Source: Tortispora ganteri
Lineage: Eukaryota
Direction of reading: 5' to 3'
Assembly: GCA_003707115.1 (NCBI GenBank)
Contig: PPNB01000004.1
Coordinates: forward strand, 1 to 64,000
Length of the DNA stretch: 64,000 nt
In this document: positions 37,101 to 46,299 of the stretch, in pieces
How the letters are laid out: each line of letters opens with the position of its first letter
Numbering within the stretch: the stretch's first letter is position 1
Notes under the pieces: generated by a model
The model's database searches: none
What the model was told of the DNA's origin: nothing
Seen by the model: the letters and a program-made list of their open reading frames with translations, nothing else
Translations under genes and position numbers: made by a program

Positions 37101-39194
37101 GACAAGCAGTTCTTCCGTGAATGACCTATCCAGATCAGAAGAATACAACAATCTTCTGAGAAGATCTTGAAACTTAGAGAATTTAGGTCCGCATATCTCT
37201 CTTAACTTTGAAGACTCATCAGGAGAAGTGGCTCCGTATCCTAACCATCTGTAGCAGCCTGAGAGCATTCCAAGCAAAAACTCCTTGTTCATAGAGAAAT
37301 ATTCTAAACAAGACCAATGGAGTTCTAGAAAGACATTCTTCACTAGAGTGCCAGGAAAAGAAGGACAGCAAGTAATGAACAGCCACGAGTCTATATATTT
37401 AACTTGTGTTTCTTTCGTGAAGTAGGAATATCCTTTACGCAAAGAAAGAATCTCCATAAGTATCGTGACAAAATAAGTCAGTTCAGATATAGAAGTAATC
37501 CTAGCATATGCCTTTTCACTGTACAGGAAAGAATCTGAACGTGAGTATAGTTCTGCAATATAATCATCAGGTAGTGCGAAATCAGGTTTGGATCTCCTGA
37601 TAGCAAGAAGTAAGGACATTATAGCATACGCTGTAGTGAGAAACCCATTTTGAAATGCTTGAGAAGGGTTTGACTGAGTCTGAGCAAGCACTTCTTTGAA
37701 TAACTCATAATTAGTTGATATAAAATTCTGAGCATTATCGGACAAAATTGAGCCTTGTCTGTAGAGAAAACTGCAAATGTTTCGGATCCAAATATATTTC
37801 AATCCAGGCTTTGATTTAGTAAGGGAATTGTTGATGAAATTCAATAGTTCATCTGACGCAGCGTTGTTATCAATTGCAAAAAAGAGATGAGGAATGAGCA
37901 CTTGGCAAAAAACATCAACAACTGCATCATTCGATTCTTTTTCTAAGATTGGTTTAAGCTGAGCAATTATATGCGAAGAAACAGCAGTTCCCGGGCAGCA
38001 AAATAAAATGACACCAGCAATAGAACATTTTTCTTCCACGGCCGATGCTTTTAGCGATTTCAAAAATGTGACTGTTTTGGTTATTAGATCTTTTAAAGCG
38101 TCTACAGAAGACGATTTTGCAATAATTAAAGAAAGCAGATCTGTAGAACCGGTACGGACTTCTTGCTTGCGAGAATTTGCGGCAGATAATAGAGATGAAA
38201 TAACTTTATCAGTGGAAGCAATAGCAGACAAGTCAACAGCAGAGGACGTTGCATTCAACATAGAAGCAATAAGTCCGTGATCTATTATTTTTGGAAGAAC
38301 AATTTCAGGAGACCTGAGCAAAGAACGTTCTAAAGATGATATAAATTCAGCATTAATATCTGAAGTTTCTAAGAAATATTCAGAAAAAGTAGTCAGGTAT
38401 GGCGATTTAGACACTTCAAGGATGTTTTTTGTAGATAAAACAATCCTATAAAAAGTCGCAATAATTTGCGACTTATGTGCAGAGACAATATCGAGAAGAT
38501 CTGGACGCTCGGTTAGATGAGCGACTGCTGCAGCGATTGCGTCAATGAACACCAAAGACGAAATATCCGCCGATGGGTTCGTAAGATCATTTAACGCAAC
38601 TGATAAGAATTCTGGACCGTTTATATCAAGAAGAATTTTAGATAAAACAGATTTTGAAGATTTTGAGGCCGATACGGATATTTTGTGCTTGTTACCAATA
38701 AGTGATCGCTGTAGCCATATTGAAGCTGCACGTAGTAAAGGAGAAATTTTCAATTTATTGAACTCCTTAAGTGAAGATGCAAATGCCAAAATAGACAATG
38801 ACCATTCCAATAGAACAAAAGAGTCCGCTTGGGCCGAAACTTTGCCTGTGGACAGCAATTGAAGCTTTTTGGTCACATAGGCGAGAGCATCGGTAGGGTA
38901 TTGATTTAATATACTAGATATTAATGATAATACAGCATTCCTAGATTTTATATCAAAATAAATAGGATAAGTAGTAAACAATAAATCAATAAGGTCACGC
39001 GTTTCGTTCGTATTTAGGACTAGTTCATTGTTAGTAATTGCGCTGTAGAGATGATCAAATGAATAGTAGTTGAACTTACTATTGATATGAGAACTGAGAC
39101 TAGAAAAAAGTTCTAGTCTACGAGACACTGAAGATGTTCCAACAATGGCTCTTGCATCAGATAAGAGCTCTGTGCCAGCAACTTCGAGGCCCAT
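31128..39194 (-). CDS. GCN1: eIF2-alpha kinase activator Gcn1; probable intron 39020-39079
   Basis: About 2670-aa HEAT-repeat protein with TPSEEVQYAVATCL, EPYVIILLP, HFIDAPSLAL, LKPFVTQMTGPLIRIVGER, PQLQRTFVRSL. 60-nt GTAAGT...TACTAAC...TAG intron near the 5' end. Confidence 0.95.
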   Translation of the reverse strand: MGLEVAGTELLSDARAIVGTSSVSRRLELFSSLSSHINSKFNYYSFDHLYSAITNNELVLNTNETRDLIDLLFTTYPIYFDIKSRNAVLSLISSILNQYPTDALAYVTKKLQLLSTGKVSAQADSFVLLEWSLSILAFASSLKEFNKLKISPLLRAASIWLQRSLIGNKHKISVSASKSSKSVLSKILLDINGPEFLSVALNDLTNPSADISSLVFIDAIAAAVAHLTERPDLLDIVSAHKSQIIATFYRIVLSTKNILEVSKSPYLTTFSEYFLETSDINAEFISSLERSLLRSPEIVLPKIIDHGLIASMLNATSSAVDLSAIASTDKVISSLLSAANSRKQEVRTGSTDLLSLIIAKSSSVDALKDLITKTVTFLKSLKASAVEEKCSIAGVILFCCPGTAVSSHIIAQLKPILEKESNDAVVDVFCQVLIPHLFFAIDNNAASDELLNFINNSLTKSKPGLKYIWIRNICSFLYRQGSILSDNAQNFISTNYELFKEVLAQTQSNPSQAFQNGFLTTAYAIMSLLLAIRRSKPDFALPDDYIAELYSRSDSFLYSEKAYARITSISELTYFVTILMEILSLRKGYSYFTKETQVKYIDSWLFITCCPSFPGTLVKNVFLELHWSCLEYFSMNKEFLLGMLSGCYRWLGYGATSPDESSKLREICGPKFSKFQDLLRRLLYSSDLDRSFTEELLVRSALLLHHKLVPTRHSWIDFCLAVKIDPKSLVDAHEEVFKAKILEFLNLQDPLFVQAASDLLSTLCFISPESFAHFACSTVTSLPINLSSLSDIDIDIWRANPGPLPVINVLNSNESFQKPVNGTDRETALWEEQVRRDIAKKNNTSKKLTKDEHAKIQEQLEKESEIRYSVQSLYKNCFIAFSVIDSLSKGVNNGENIWYPTLIPFIVSLLTAGADKLLDNKLSALYTSLSNFCSSRISDLRPVMGSVIMKCMKIHGKYLDFNDISVHELVLKILHRVRFLSEQAMFDLLTFSYILPLIFHIIQNGGSGVKDSETINEQLILSFDNLSLNSELFSEEQMPRLTCLKLLQQSYQKFTHLSKDIRNCIVGICQAISPNISLPETESLLDMSISPDATSRSLALEVIDAEMTLEMSYSFQIWVDMFDSIELNKLHASQIWEENEMKVSSEIIPPIVALLAREDDGIRLAAAKSIGKALSSLDDSTLTSKVVDELFELYNDDIKASKRDPRAFVKASDIKKENWRVRHGVALALKYIVCCMSGSDVLKVLKFLIEGGASGDAVVQVRKAMQDVGTECVQVHGLNFVAEMISLFENYLNSTHGNTATDDFIHTTVIVCYGCLAWNFKKGDSRIQPIVSRLLDTAATPSEEVQYAVATCLPPLIESLKPLDVSITDRLFDEIFNGKSYAQIRGSAYALAGIVKGLGLSSFTSLKIVSRVEEGISNKRSTTAREGSMVLIECLSTILGRTMEPYVIILLPHILTALGDVSPQVRQASNDATVAIMQNTTVYGVKLIIPIALNQLRDDHWRATKGAVELLGSMAYLNPAQLSRSLSSIIPEIVSVLNDSHKEIRSSANAALSKFGDSITNPEIHSIASILIDAISDPIRNTDKALDALISMKFDHFIDAPSLALVMHIIHRALHERSSSSKQKASKIVGNMTILTDPHDLIPYLHDLVSDLQSVIIDPVPATRATASRALGSLAEKFGEDQIPQLIPQLLSILQNSDSQTDRLGAAQGLAEVVYGLGVGKLDEILPSVLQSTTSPDRNVRDGFASLLIFFPAAFGNIFSTYLSRVIPCVLARLADDVDTIRETALRAGRLIVKNYAAKSIDLLLPELEKGLSNSSFRIRLSSVELTGELLFQCAGISRRTDLDEEQDEDDIIYNNLQAKIIEALGIERWHRILSALYMCRSDTSGQVRSSSLAVWKSLVVNTPKTVKEILPVLSQMVVRRLSDSNIEQKSIAAGVLGDLVRRVGDLVLSQMLPAFERSIAEGEQANEGVCIALREIIESTSVEDIRPYEGQLIRIVQNALSDSDEITREAAASTFDVLQDKLGSTAIDHVVPKLLSQFSDFDEDKSHNALSALKEILLTNSSVFPSVASSLITPPITSFNAYAIGALAPVVGRDLSKKLTSIVNALVDAIIDKPDTETEKALSNAFDSVILAVDDSQGPNTLMQLLLGLARNEVKAKRIILFDHMEHFFENSTLNYSNYISDWISECLMVFNDSQEELVAASWKAMKALTSNMSKEELQKHSVETEHIFSSSFLKSEEIAGLCRPKGPSAVLPIFLQGLMYGSNTEREASAKGISEIVDHTSPEYLKPFVTQMTGPLIRIVGERFATDVKVAIIQALDLMLLKVPQFLKPFFPQLQRTFVRSLTDIGNESLRLEAATALGTLIESQPRVDPLISELCQTYKSTPDTSVRAAIMRSLVQIVSKGGTNMSATSQIAVLELARSAGKAAKGRSAIDSALLVGHLLQVLPSDEAERLISSEILSRTDDVDNMSYTEILTLNSIIKYAGASINSTVTLSVLSSVVTRGIMSTSPLISDNSVVAAGKLLLSNDFELSFEQRKDLICALASAITSPPSASTDTRRLSLVTIRTVSRLRIDYVKPHMNELAPAVYASVRDTVIPIKLAAEKCFLALFQMSEYGDKQLTKWMESIKDIQPPLLPNQRSITDYTRRIAMRLVEAEKDRIEAGGDPEAVYADRFEDESEIWAIGGIEN

Positions 39195-39382
39195 ATTTGA
39201 TTATATTTAGGAGATTATTGAGAAGTGTAGGACAGTGAAAAAAAACTACTATAATTTAAGGTTTACAAAGAGTAAAAATAGTCACAATAGTGTAATTGTG
39301 AGCCTAACACTCTCATGGAGTATAAATAACTGCGACCTGTTTAAAGAATTCCTTTTCTTTTTTTTTTTTCTCATCAACTAAT

Positions 39383-39513
39383 CGGTCGATGATGCACCAA
39401 CATTCCGTTTAAATCAGCTCTCTGGCACTCGGTAATTTTTGTTACTGGGATGCCAGGGCGATGTGGATGCCTCTACTCCAACCACATTTGAGGTTTTTGA
39501 GCTACTGAGGCCG
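39383..39513 (+). ncRNA. Box C/D snoRNA, snR4-like (guide for 18S rRNA helix-34 cytidine acetylation)
   Basis: Terminal stem CGGTC/GGCCG, C box ATGATG 39389-39394, D box CTGA 39505-39508. ATGCACCA and ACTCCA are complementary to 18S UGGUGCAU and UGGAGU flanking the ac4C site. Internal hairpin and pseudoknot; TATAAATA about 55 nt upstream. Confidence 0.75.
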
Positions 39514-39607
39514 AATCTACGTTGATCATTTATGCTTCTTTAATGTAGGATTATGTATAGCCCATGCGAAAAAAAAGTAGATCATTATGGAGGGGAAGAG
39601 ATGTAGC

Positions 39608-41005
39608 TTATAAATTAGCGGCATGCTTCACTAGACCTAATTCGTCTTCAGGTTGGGATTTGTTTGGTTTGTGACTATGATGCAAAAAGCTGAACTTTCG
39701 GTCTAATCGTGGCGAGATTGGTGAGAGCAGAGACTGAGAATCGACTCTACGAGGAAATTCATAGTCTCTGACTGATCTCGGACTTTTCCAATTTTTTTTT
39801 TGCGACAAGTCCTCGCTCGGCCGAGCTGCTAATGTACTAGGATATGTGTCCAACTTCAAACCCGATAATCTCCATCGGCTTTCATCCTCATGAATAACTG
39901 GAATAGGCGGTTGTGAAGTCCTGGTGGACCGGGAGATTGTTTTTCTCCTTCGTGTGCTCAATTCTCTGAGAAGAATTGAAGGAGCAAGCGCACCAGCAGA
40001 AGGCGCTTCATTTTCTGAATAATAGTCGTTTTGTAAAACTTTGCTGAAATCGTCAAGGTCAGTCGAGGCCTGCAATGAGTCAGACTCTGTGCTAGCAGAC
40101 GACAAACTAACTTGGAGTAAAAAAATAGAAATAGCCGCAACCAAGAATCCAAGAACCATGTTTACAATGCTAGTTGCTGATCCTTTAAAGCCTCGAAAAA
40201 GTACCGCAGATGATATAATGGTCATTGATGTGAATAGGACATAGTATGTCGGGGTAACCATAGCTGTATTGAATATATTTAGCGCCTTGTTCAGGTAGAT
40301 AATCTCTACTGCCAGTGTCACTACCATGACAATAATCGCGATATAGAGAAACCACTGATTGAATTGGGGAACGCCGCGGGCCTGGGCAGTTATGGCGGAA
40401 CCAACGCCTTGAATGCACATGACTGTTATTCCGCCCGCTAACGAACAGATTCCAGTATGAATAAACATAGTTTTAGAGCCCCATCGAGGTGCAACAAAAA
40501 TCGCCAGAATAGTACAGGCTACCAAAACTGTACACATATAGGCTAGCCATCCTGGTTGAACAAAATGTTCCTTGAAATCCTGGATATCAGAGGCTTGAGC
40601 TTCATGTGGAGCGTTAAGTACCGTCACAACTGAACCAACGAGACACAGAACACATGATATCTTGCCGATAAATGGAAGGCGCTCTTTCAGAAATATAGAG
40701 GACAAAACAGCTGTTGTTACCACTGCTAGGCCTCCAAGAGATGTGATAACTATTGCATCGATAAATCCATAAGCAGCAGCGTTACATAGCTCTCCTAGTA
40801 TCATCAGGGTCATTCCACACCACCAGATCCAGTTCCGCAAATAGGCGAACCCTTCCCCTGGCTCGCGCTGCGATTTTTCAGTAGCTTGAAGTAAGCCTTT
40901 TTTCTTAATGACGAATGATACTCCAATAAGGATTCCAGATATGCAAGCTAGAATTATCCCTACTGCCCTATAAGCAGGGGGCCGATCCTCGGTAGAAACG
41001 CTCAT
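39608..41005 (-). CDS. NIPA-family (DMT superfamily) magnesium transporter
   Basis: IGVSFVIKKKGL, YLRNWIWWCGMTLMILGELCN.AAY, YLNKALNIFNTAMVTPTYYV; about nine TM segments. Confidence 0.9.
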   Translation of the reverse strand: MSVSTEDRPPAYRAVGIILACISGILIGVSFVIKKKGLLQATEKSQREPGEGFAYLRNWIWWCGMTLMILGELCNAAAYGFIDAIVITSLGGLAVVTTAVLSSIFLKERLPFIGKISCVLCLVGSVVTVLNAPHEAQASDIQDFKEHFVQPGWLAYMCTVLVACTILAIFVAPRWGSKTMFIHTGICSLAGGITVMCIQGVGSAITAQARGVPQFNQWFLYIAIIVMVVTLAVEIIYLNKALNIFNTAMVTPTYYVLFTSMTIISSAVLFRGFKGSATSIVNMVLGFLVAAISIFLLQVSLSSASTESDSLQASTDLDDFSKVLQNDYYSENEAPSAGALAPSILLRELSTRRRKTISRSTRTSQPPIPVIHEDESRWRLSGLKLDTYPSTLAARPSEDLSQKKNWKSPRSVRDYEFPRRVDSQSLLSPISPRLDRKFSFLHHSHKPNKSQPEDELGLVKHAANL

Positions 41006-41692
41006 ATCTCACACAAATACTTATGTCAATCACACTGACAGATGTAGTAAAAATGACACTTATGTGAATGTCTTTAGCTTCTTGTTTTTTCGAGTATAAC
41101 AAGAAAATAACAAAACAAAATACTAGAAGACTAAAATTGAGTAGTGTGATTAAGATTGATATTAAGGGATCTCCAGGAGGTATCGCGCCTGTGATTGGTT
41201 GACAGTTGGGAGTACCAGGTACAGAGGTTCTAGAATCCGTTTCACGCGAATCGCGTATTTTAAAGTTATCAAGTCAATCTGGCAGACGATTCAAAAGACG
41301 AAGGACATCTCCTATTATCATGAAAATTTAGATACCTATACGCTTATAAATTTAAGACTATACTTAATATAGTTATGAAATTTTGTAGTACATATTATAT
41401 ATAAAGCACTGTCTATTTCAGCTGCTAGTTAGCGTGTTATAGATTTCAGGTTGCCCTGAATATGTGAGTTGTGTCAAATAGCCTTTTCTAACTTTCGTGT
41501 ATGTCTATCATGGCCTTAGCTAGGGCATATTCGACTTATTAAAGTTTGAATGGATGGAAAAACGCAACAGTATATAATATAAGCTATGATATGCCTATAG
41601 AGAATCACGCTTTGTAGATCAGAGTAAACCGGACTGCGCAGTGATAGATAGGTATAAAGCTAAACGGGGCGTATCAAAAAATGCTTAAATGC

Positions 41693-42664
41693 TTAACGAA
41701 GATGGTGTCCATGGTTTCGGTTATCAGTTGGCTCGGGGTGCATAAAGCAACAACGTGATCCGTATTTGCATGAACCGTTTGCTTGCCATTTAGCGCATAT
41801 TTTGGTGCGCCATTTAGCATGACGAACTACAGGTCGCAGTTCTTCAGGGCCATGAGCGAACTGGCACTTTTCGTAATACAAGCAATATCCCCATGAAGAA
41901 TAACTAGCACACATTTCAGTTTTGTAAAGCGAAGTATTGATCTTAGTTTTCGCTGGAGCTATGTTTTCCGGACGGTCAGTATTGTCCGAAGATGAGATCG
42001 AAAGACCATCCTTCTCTTTAGGGGGAGTTTTAGGAGCGCCGATTGGACCGAAAATGGGTGGAAGGGACGATGTTGAGGCAGAACTTAAAGTTGCAGTTAG
42101 TGGAACGGATTTAACAGATGAAGCTGAAGTACTATGTAACATAGGAGTGCTTCTATGGTTGCTAGTTTGTCTCAATGAGAGACCAGCAATAGCGGAGCGT
42201 GAAGATATGCGTTCATCCAGGTGTCTCTCTTTTGAATTATCGACCAGCAGAGCTTTCTGATTCAGATAGGACAAACCTTTCGGGCGAGGAACGATAGTCG
42301 ACTGTGTGGAAACTGCTGTGTCTGATGGTAATCTATTGGATGGTGTCTTTTGAATTATATGGGAAGTTTTAGAAGAAAGTGCATTTGACGCGGAAAACGA
42401 ATAAGGGGTCAAAGTATTGTCGTCAACAGATTGAGCGTAATGACGAGACTCGGTCAGACCTGAAATGAATTGATGAAAAGAAGGTGAAGTATGCAAAGAT
42501 ACATCTGATGATGTATTAGAAGAAGTAGAACTTGTTCTGCTAGAGGAATTTGCAGAGTTGACTGATACTATAGAGTCGAAAGAACGAGATATTGACGAAT
42601 TAATGGAAGGAGTTCGACAATAAGGTAAGTTTGCATTGGCGAACGAGTGCTTATCAATAGACAT
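41693..42664 (-). CDS. Tristetraprolin-family tandem CCCH zinc-finger mRNA-decay protein (Cth1/Cth2/Zfs1-like)
   Basis: LYKTEMC-x8-C-x5-C-x3-H ... WRTKIC-x8-C-x5-C-x3-H. Start taken as MSIDKH at 42664; an upstream in-frame ATG at 42778 is possible. Confidence 0.88.
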   Translation of the reverse strand: MSIDKHSFANANLPYCRTPSINSSISRSFDSIVSVNSANSSSRTSSTSSNTSSDVSLHTSPSFHQFISGLTESRHYAQSVDDNTLTPYSFSASNALSSKTSHIIQKTPSNRLPSDTAVSTQSTIVPRPKGLSYLNQKALLVDNSKERHLDERISSRSAIAGLSLRQTSNHRSTPMLHSTSASSVKSVPLTATLSSASTSSLPPIFGPIGAPKTPPKEKDGLSISSSDNTDRPENIAPAKTKINTSLYKTEMCASYSSWGYCLYYEKCQFAHGPEELRPVVRHAKWRTKICAKWQANGSCKYGSRCCFMHPEPTDNRNHGHHLR

Positions 42665-43363
42665 TTTATTTTTTGATATTAGCTTACTAATAATATTAGC
42701 AAAATAAATGGCAAAAGAGAATAAAAAGATATTTGTATAAGAAAAGGAGGAGGCAAGAGTATTTGTATGGAAAAACATATGAAGTTGACTAGATTGACGT
42801 TTTAACTTTAAATGAAGCTTAAAGTTTATAGGTTAGAAACTTCCAAAGACCGATTATTGCATGAAATTCTAAAAGGTAACAGATGTTGAGCAGTAGCATA
42901 TCAATATAAGTAGATTCAATCAAAATTAGTATGCATTAAATGTATTTTAGGCTATATATTAATATTTTCATTTGCTTATTCGCCAGAAAATCTTTTAGTA
43001 AGAACACAAGAGAAATAAGTACGCACGATTATCTAGCAAGATATGAAAACCTTAATATAAACCTTAATACAATTTTAAGAGTGACCCACGGAATATGAGT
43101 TAATTAGCATAAACCAATATAAATGTGACAAAACTTGAAAGGAGTGATAAAGATCACAATATCATCAAATACTACTATATTGTACTTTTGGAAATTTTAG
43201 AAAAAAAAGATGTGATGCCAGAAACCCTTGTACGGAAATAAAGTTTTTCATGTTTCCGTTCCGAAATGGGAGTTAAGCTAAGGATTGATTAAGACCGACC
43301 CCGGTTTTACGCTCCTTTATAATCCCTTCTCTCTTCTTTCCAAGTTCATTACATTAAATAGGA

Positions 43364-44563
43364 ATGGATTTGCCTGATAAAACAACGGTTATTCAATTGA
43401 AAAAGGATCAGAATAGACCGATTTTTAGTATAAAATTGAATGAAAGAGTATTAAAACTGATTCAGACGGCATTGAACGCAAATGAACCAGTCAAATTGGT
43501 TGTCGGTAAAGGATCTGTGTCAAAGAAACTAGTAATTGGACCGAATGAGTTCGATCTAAACACAATAAACGAACCTTCTACGATTGAAGTATTTGAATTT
43601 GTCAATAAGCAGCTTATTCAGATAGGTGCTATTTCAAAAAAGGTCTCCCTAAATCCAAAACAGTCTTTCGATTCAAGCATCTTAAAGTCCCCTTCGCAAT
43701 CAATCAACTCTCTACAAATGCGCCTAATACATTTACTCGCACTAGGTCCATTCACTATCGATCAGCTATTTGCAAAGCTGAAAACCCCAAAAAATGAAAT
43801 ATTGCCTCTTTTGCGACAGTTTGCTACTAAGTCTTCTAATTCTTATACCTTGGCAAATGAACACTACGAAGACTTAAGGATATGGGACTTCAAAGGTTAC
43901 TCTACAAAGGAAAGAGAAAAGATTAAGAATGCTGCACTTGAAGCATTTGATGTGCTGGGCTACCCATCTGACCATCCTGCGAGAAAAGCATGCATAGAAC
44001 CGCCGAAACATAATCGTCCACAATCAGCTCCCCTATCTGCCACACGGAGTTTACCTTCTTCTCCTCATCTGCATTCTCATTTCGATCCTCCTACGCCTAC
44101 AAATTACAAACTAGACGACGTGAAACACTCGAAGCCTCGTATTTCTTCTTTATCACCAGCACCTTCCCCAACTACAGATCCCTTGTCTTATGTTGCTTCT
44201 CCTAAACTATCCGCACTCGATTCGTCCGCACCAAAGAGCTCTACCATAGAATCCTCTAAGCTGGCTAAAAGCACGAGTTCTGACTCTTCAGATATTTCAA
44301 CTACAGCAGTCAAACGGAAAACTCTCGACAAGCCAGATATGTCGTCGCGCAAGAAACTTAAACCTGATAGAAATCTCATCAAACTTGCACACCAATTCAA
44401 GAAATCTTATAATGAATATGTCGAATTATACTCTCAGGTCAAAGATACGCAAAGTACCAACTCTTCCTCTACTTCAGACTTGTCAGAGAAGCTCATATCT
44501 ATGCACAATGTTCTCTTGGGCTGGAAACGCAGAATATGGGCTGCCGGAAAGAACTTTCAATAA
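43364..44563 (+). CDS. ell1: RNA polymerase II elongation factor ELL (Ell1-like)
   Basis: LQMRLIHLLALGP winged-helix motif, YEDLRIWDFKGYS..ERE, C-terminal occludin/ELL-like helices (FKKSYNEYVELY...LISMHNVL..WKRRIW). Confidence 0.75.
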   Translation: MDLPDKTTVIQLKKDQNRPIFSIKLNERVLKLIQTALNANEPVKLVVGKGSVSKKLVIGPNEFDLNTINEPSTIEVFEFVNKQLIQIGAISKKVSLNPKQSFDSSILKSPSQSINSLQMRLIHLLALGPFTIDQLFAKLKTPKNEILPLLRQFATKSSNSYTLANEHYEDLRIWDFKGYSTKEREKIKNAALEAFDVLGYPSDHPARKACIEPPKHNRPQSAPLSATRSLPSSPHLHSHFDPPTPTNYKLDDVKHSKPRISSLSPAPSPTTDPLSYVASPKLSALDSSAPKSSTIESSKLAKSTSSDSSDISTTAVKRKTLDKPDMSSRKKLKPDRNLIKLAHQFKKSYNEYVELYSQVKDTQSTNSSSTSDLSEKLISMHNVLLGWKRRIWAAGKNFQ

Positions 44564-44690
44564 ATTCTAGTCTAACATAGACTATTTTATTTCTGTTATT
44601 CTAAGGAGTTTATATATCATTCATGTCATTAAAGTCGTAAATGCAGTAAAGTAATTAGAACAGCCGGCTCTTGAGATATCAAAGATTGAA

Positions 44691-45848
44691 TCATAGTCGG
44701 TGGCCGGGAACTAGTATGAATATTAGACTGAATACCGCAGTGAGCAATCCTATTAAGATTAAAATCCAAATTGATCGAGATATCAGTAACTGTCGAACGA
44801 AAGGTTCTTGAATTTTAGTGTATCGCATCCACATAGACTCGCTGTACCCACACAGGACTAGAATCGGATCGACATGATAGACGAATGCTAAACAGAAATA
44901 GAACCCAATTGCAAACAGTAAAATAACCCAACATCGCTCAGCTTTTGGCTGCCAGTTCAAGAAAATAAAAATAAGACCTAGCCAAAAAGCTCCAAACAGT
45001 ACCAATAGTCCACCAAAAAGTCTTAGCAGGATTCCGGCTGGAATCAAATTACCAAGAGCTTTTGACTGTAAGAATGCAGGAAAAGGATCTAGTTCGAGCG
45101 CTTGAAAAACGTAATCACGGGCTTGCTCAAATATTTCAGGATCATCACGACCATCAATTTCGATAGCATTATGTAAACCCGCTGCTATATATTTAGGTAA
45201 GTTAATGAATTTTTCGGCATTTGGTTGCACATAAGTGACATATATCTTATGGCATGAATTGGTTATATCGTTTCGTGATATGCTAAATTTAGGAGCTTGA
45301 TGTATCCTCTCAATTTCCTCGGAGTTGAAACCCATAATGCGAAGTTCTTCATCTAATTGCTCAATCTGGTCTTTTGGTATGGACTGTCGATGTGCGTTAT
45401 CAACCAGTGCTGACAGTCTATTTACAACGCGTTGAGTATAAGGATCATCGCCCCGCAGCAATGCCGATAGTCGTCTCGAATCAGATTCAGAAACGACTGA
45501 TGTATTTACAAGAGCTTCTAGAATCAGTGACGAGCTCTTAGAAGAGTCTCCTGCAGTGCTGAACCTGTTCGATCCAGTACTCGTATCTTGAGAAGTGTCA
45601 ATCTCTGTGCCAGTGATATAAATAATCGATCTTCTTAGCTCGCGAACGTACTGTCTGCATAAACTCATATGCTGAGCAATATCTAACCAGAAATCTAAAT
45701 AATCAATGGCGCCATGCTGGTCTCGCACAAATATATAAAATGACCACAAATCGACTGGGGATAGCGTCGATCGATTTAATACTTCGAATAATGTCGGAAG
45801 ACGATATAAAATATCATCTTTTAGAGATTCAACCTCTTTCTCCATCAT
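44691..45848 (-). CDS. RAX1: Bud-site selection protein Rax1 (RGS-like domain + 3 TM)
   Basis: RLPTLFEVLNRSTLSPVDLWSFY, DYLDFWLD, IEIDGRDDPEIF, C-terminal TMs ending VPGHRL. Confidence 0.9.
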   Translation of the reverse strand: MMEKEVESLKDDILYRLPTLFEVLNRSTLSPVDLWSFYIFVRDQHGAIDYLDFWLDIAQHMSLCRQYVRELRRSIIYITGTEIDTSQDTSTGSNRFSTAGDSSKSSSLILEALVNTSVVSESDSRRLSALLRGDDPYTQRVVNRLSALVDNAHRQSIPKDQIEQLDEELRIMGFNSEEIERIHQAPKFSISRNDITNSCHKIYVTYVQPNAEKFINLPKYIAAGLHNAIEIDGRDDPEIFEQARDYVFQALELDPFPAFLQSKALGNLIPAGILLRLFGGLLVLFGAFWLGLIFIFLNWQPKAERCWVILLFAIGFYFCLAFVYHVDPILVLCGYSESMWMRYTKIQEPFVRQLLISRSIWILILIGLLTAVFSLIFILVPGHRL

Positions 45849-46299
45849 AAAACTGTCCAAAAATAAGTACAAAAAAGGGAAAAACAAGGAGTATTAAGAG
45901 TTTTTTGATTCACAAAGGAAAGTATATGTACTCGTATAACGATGCAGGTGGTAAATACATGGCTGGGTGTATACTACTTAAAACGTAAACAATGGCATAG
46001 CAACTAGCTATTTTCTGATAAAACTTTATTCATAGAGCTATTTGTACTACATAAGAACATAGAAATAACTACAACTTACTATTAACAAATATATTTCACG
46101 AGCCGTTTTTTTATTATTTATGAATATCATTGATATATTTCTTATTGAAGCAATTGAACGAAAGTGGCAAATCTGCCTTTATGTTGCTTCGCATTAGTCT
46201 AGTACCCTTGCTGTGCCACGCTAGGCCCTGAAGACCTTTAGTTCCCTATGATCAATGAGAATCATAGAAACAAACGTGTTAAGAAACCTCTATAACGTA

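Noticed and set aside
39434..39442. Sm-site-like AATTTTTG suggesting an snRNA
   Set aside because: Lies within a hairpin of the C/D snoRNA candidate; no U1/U2/U4/U5 signature nearby.
44691..44705. PTS1-like C-termini of Rax1 (-HRL) and the NIPA transporter (-ANL)
   Set aside because: Both are integral membrane proteins; the Rax1 ending looks like a family motif.
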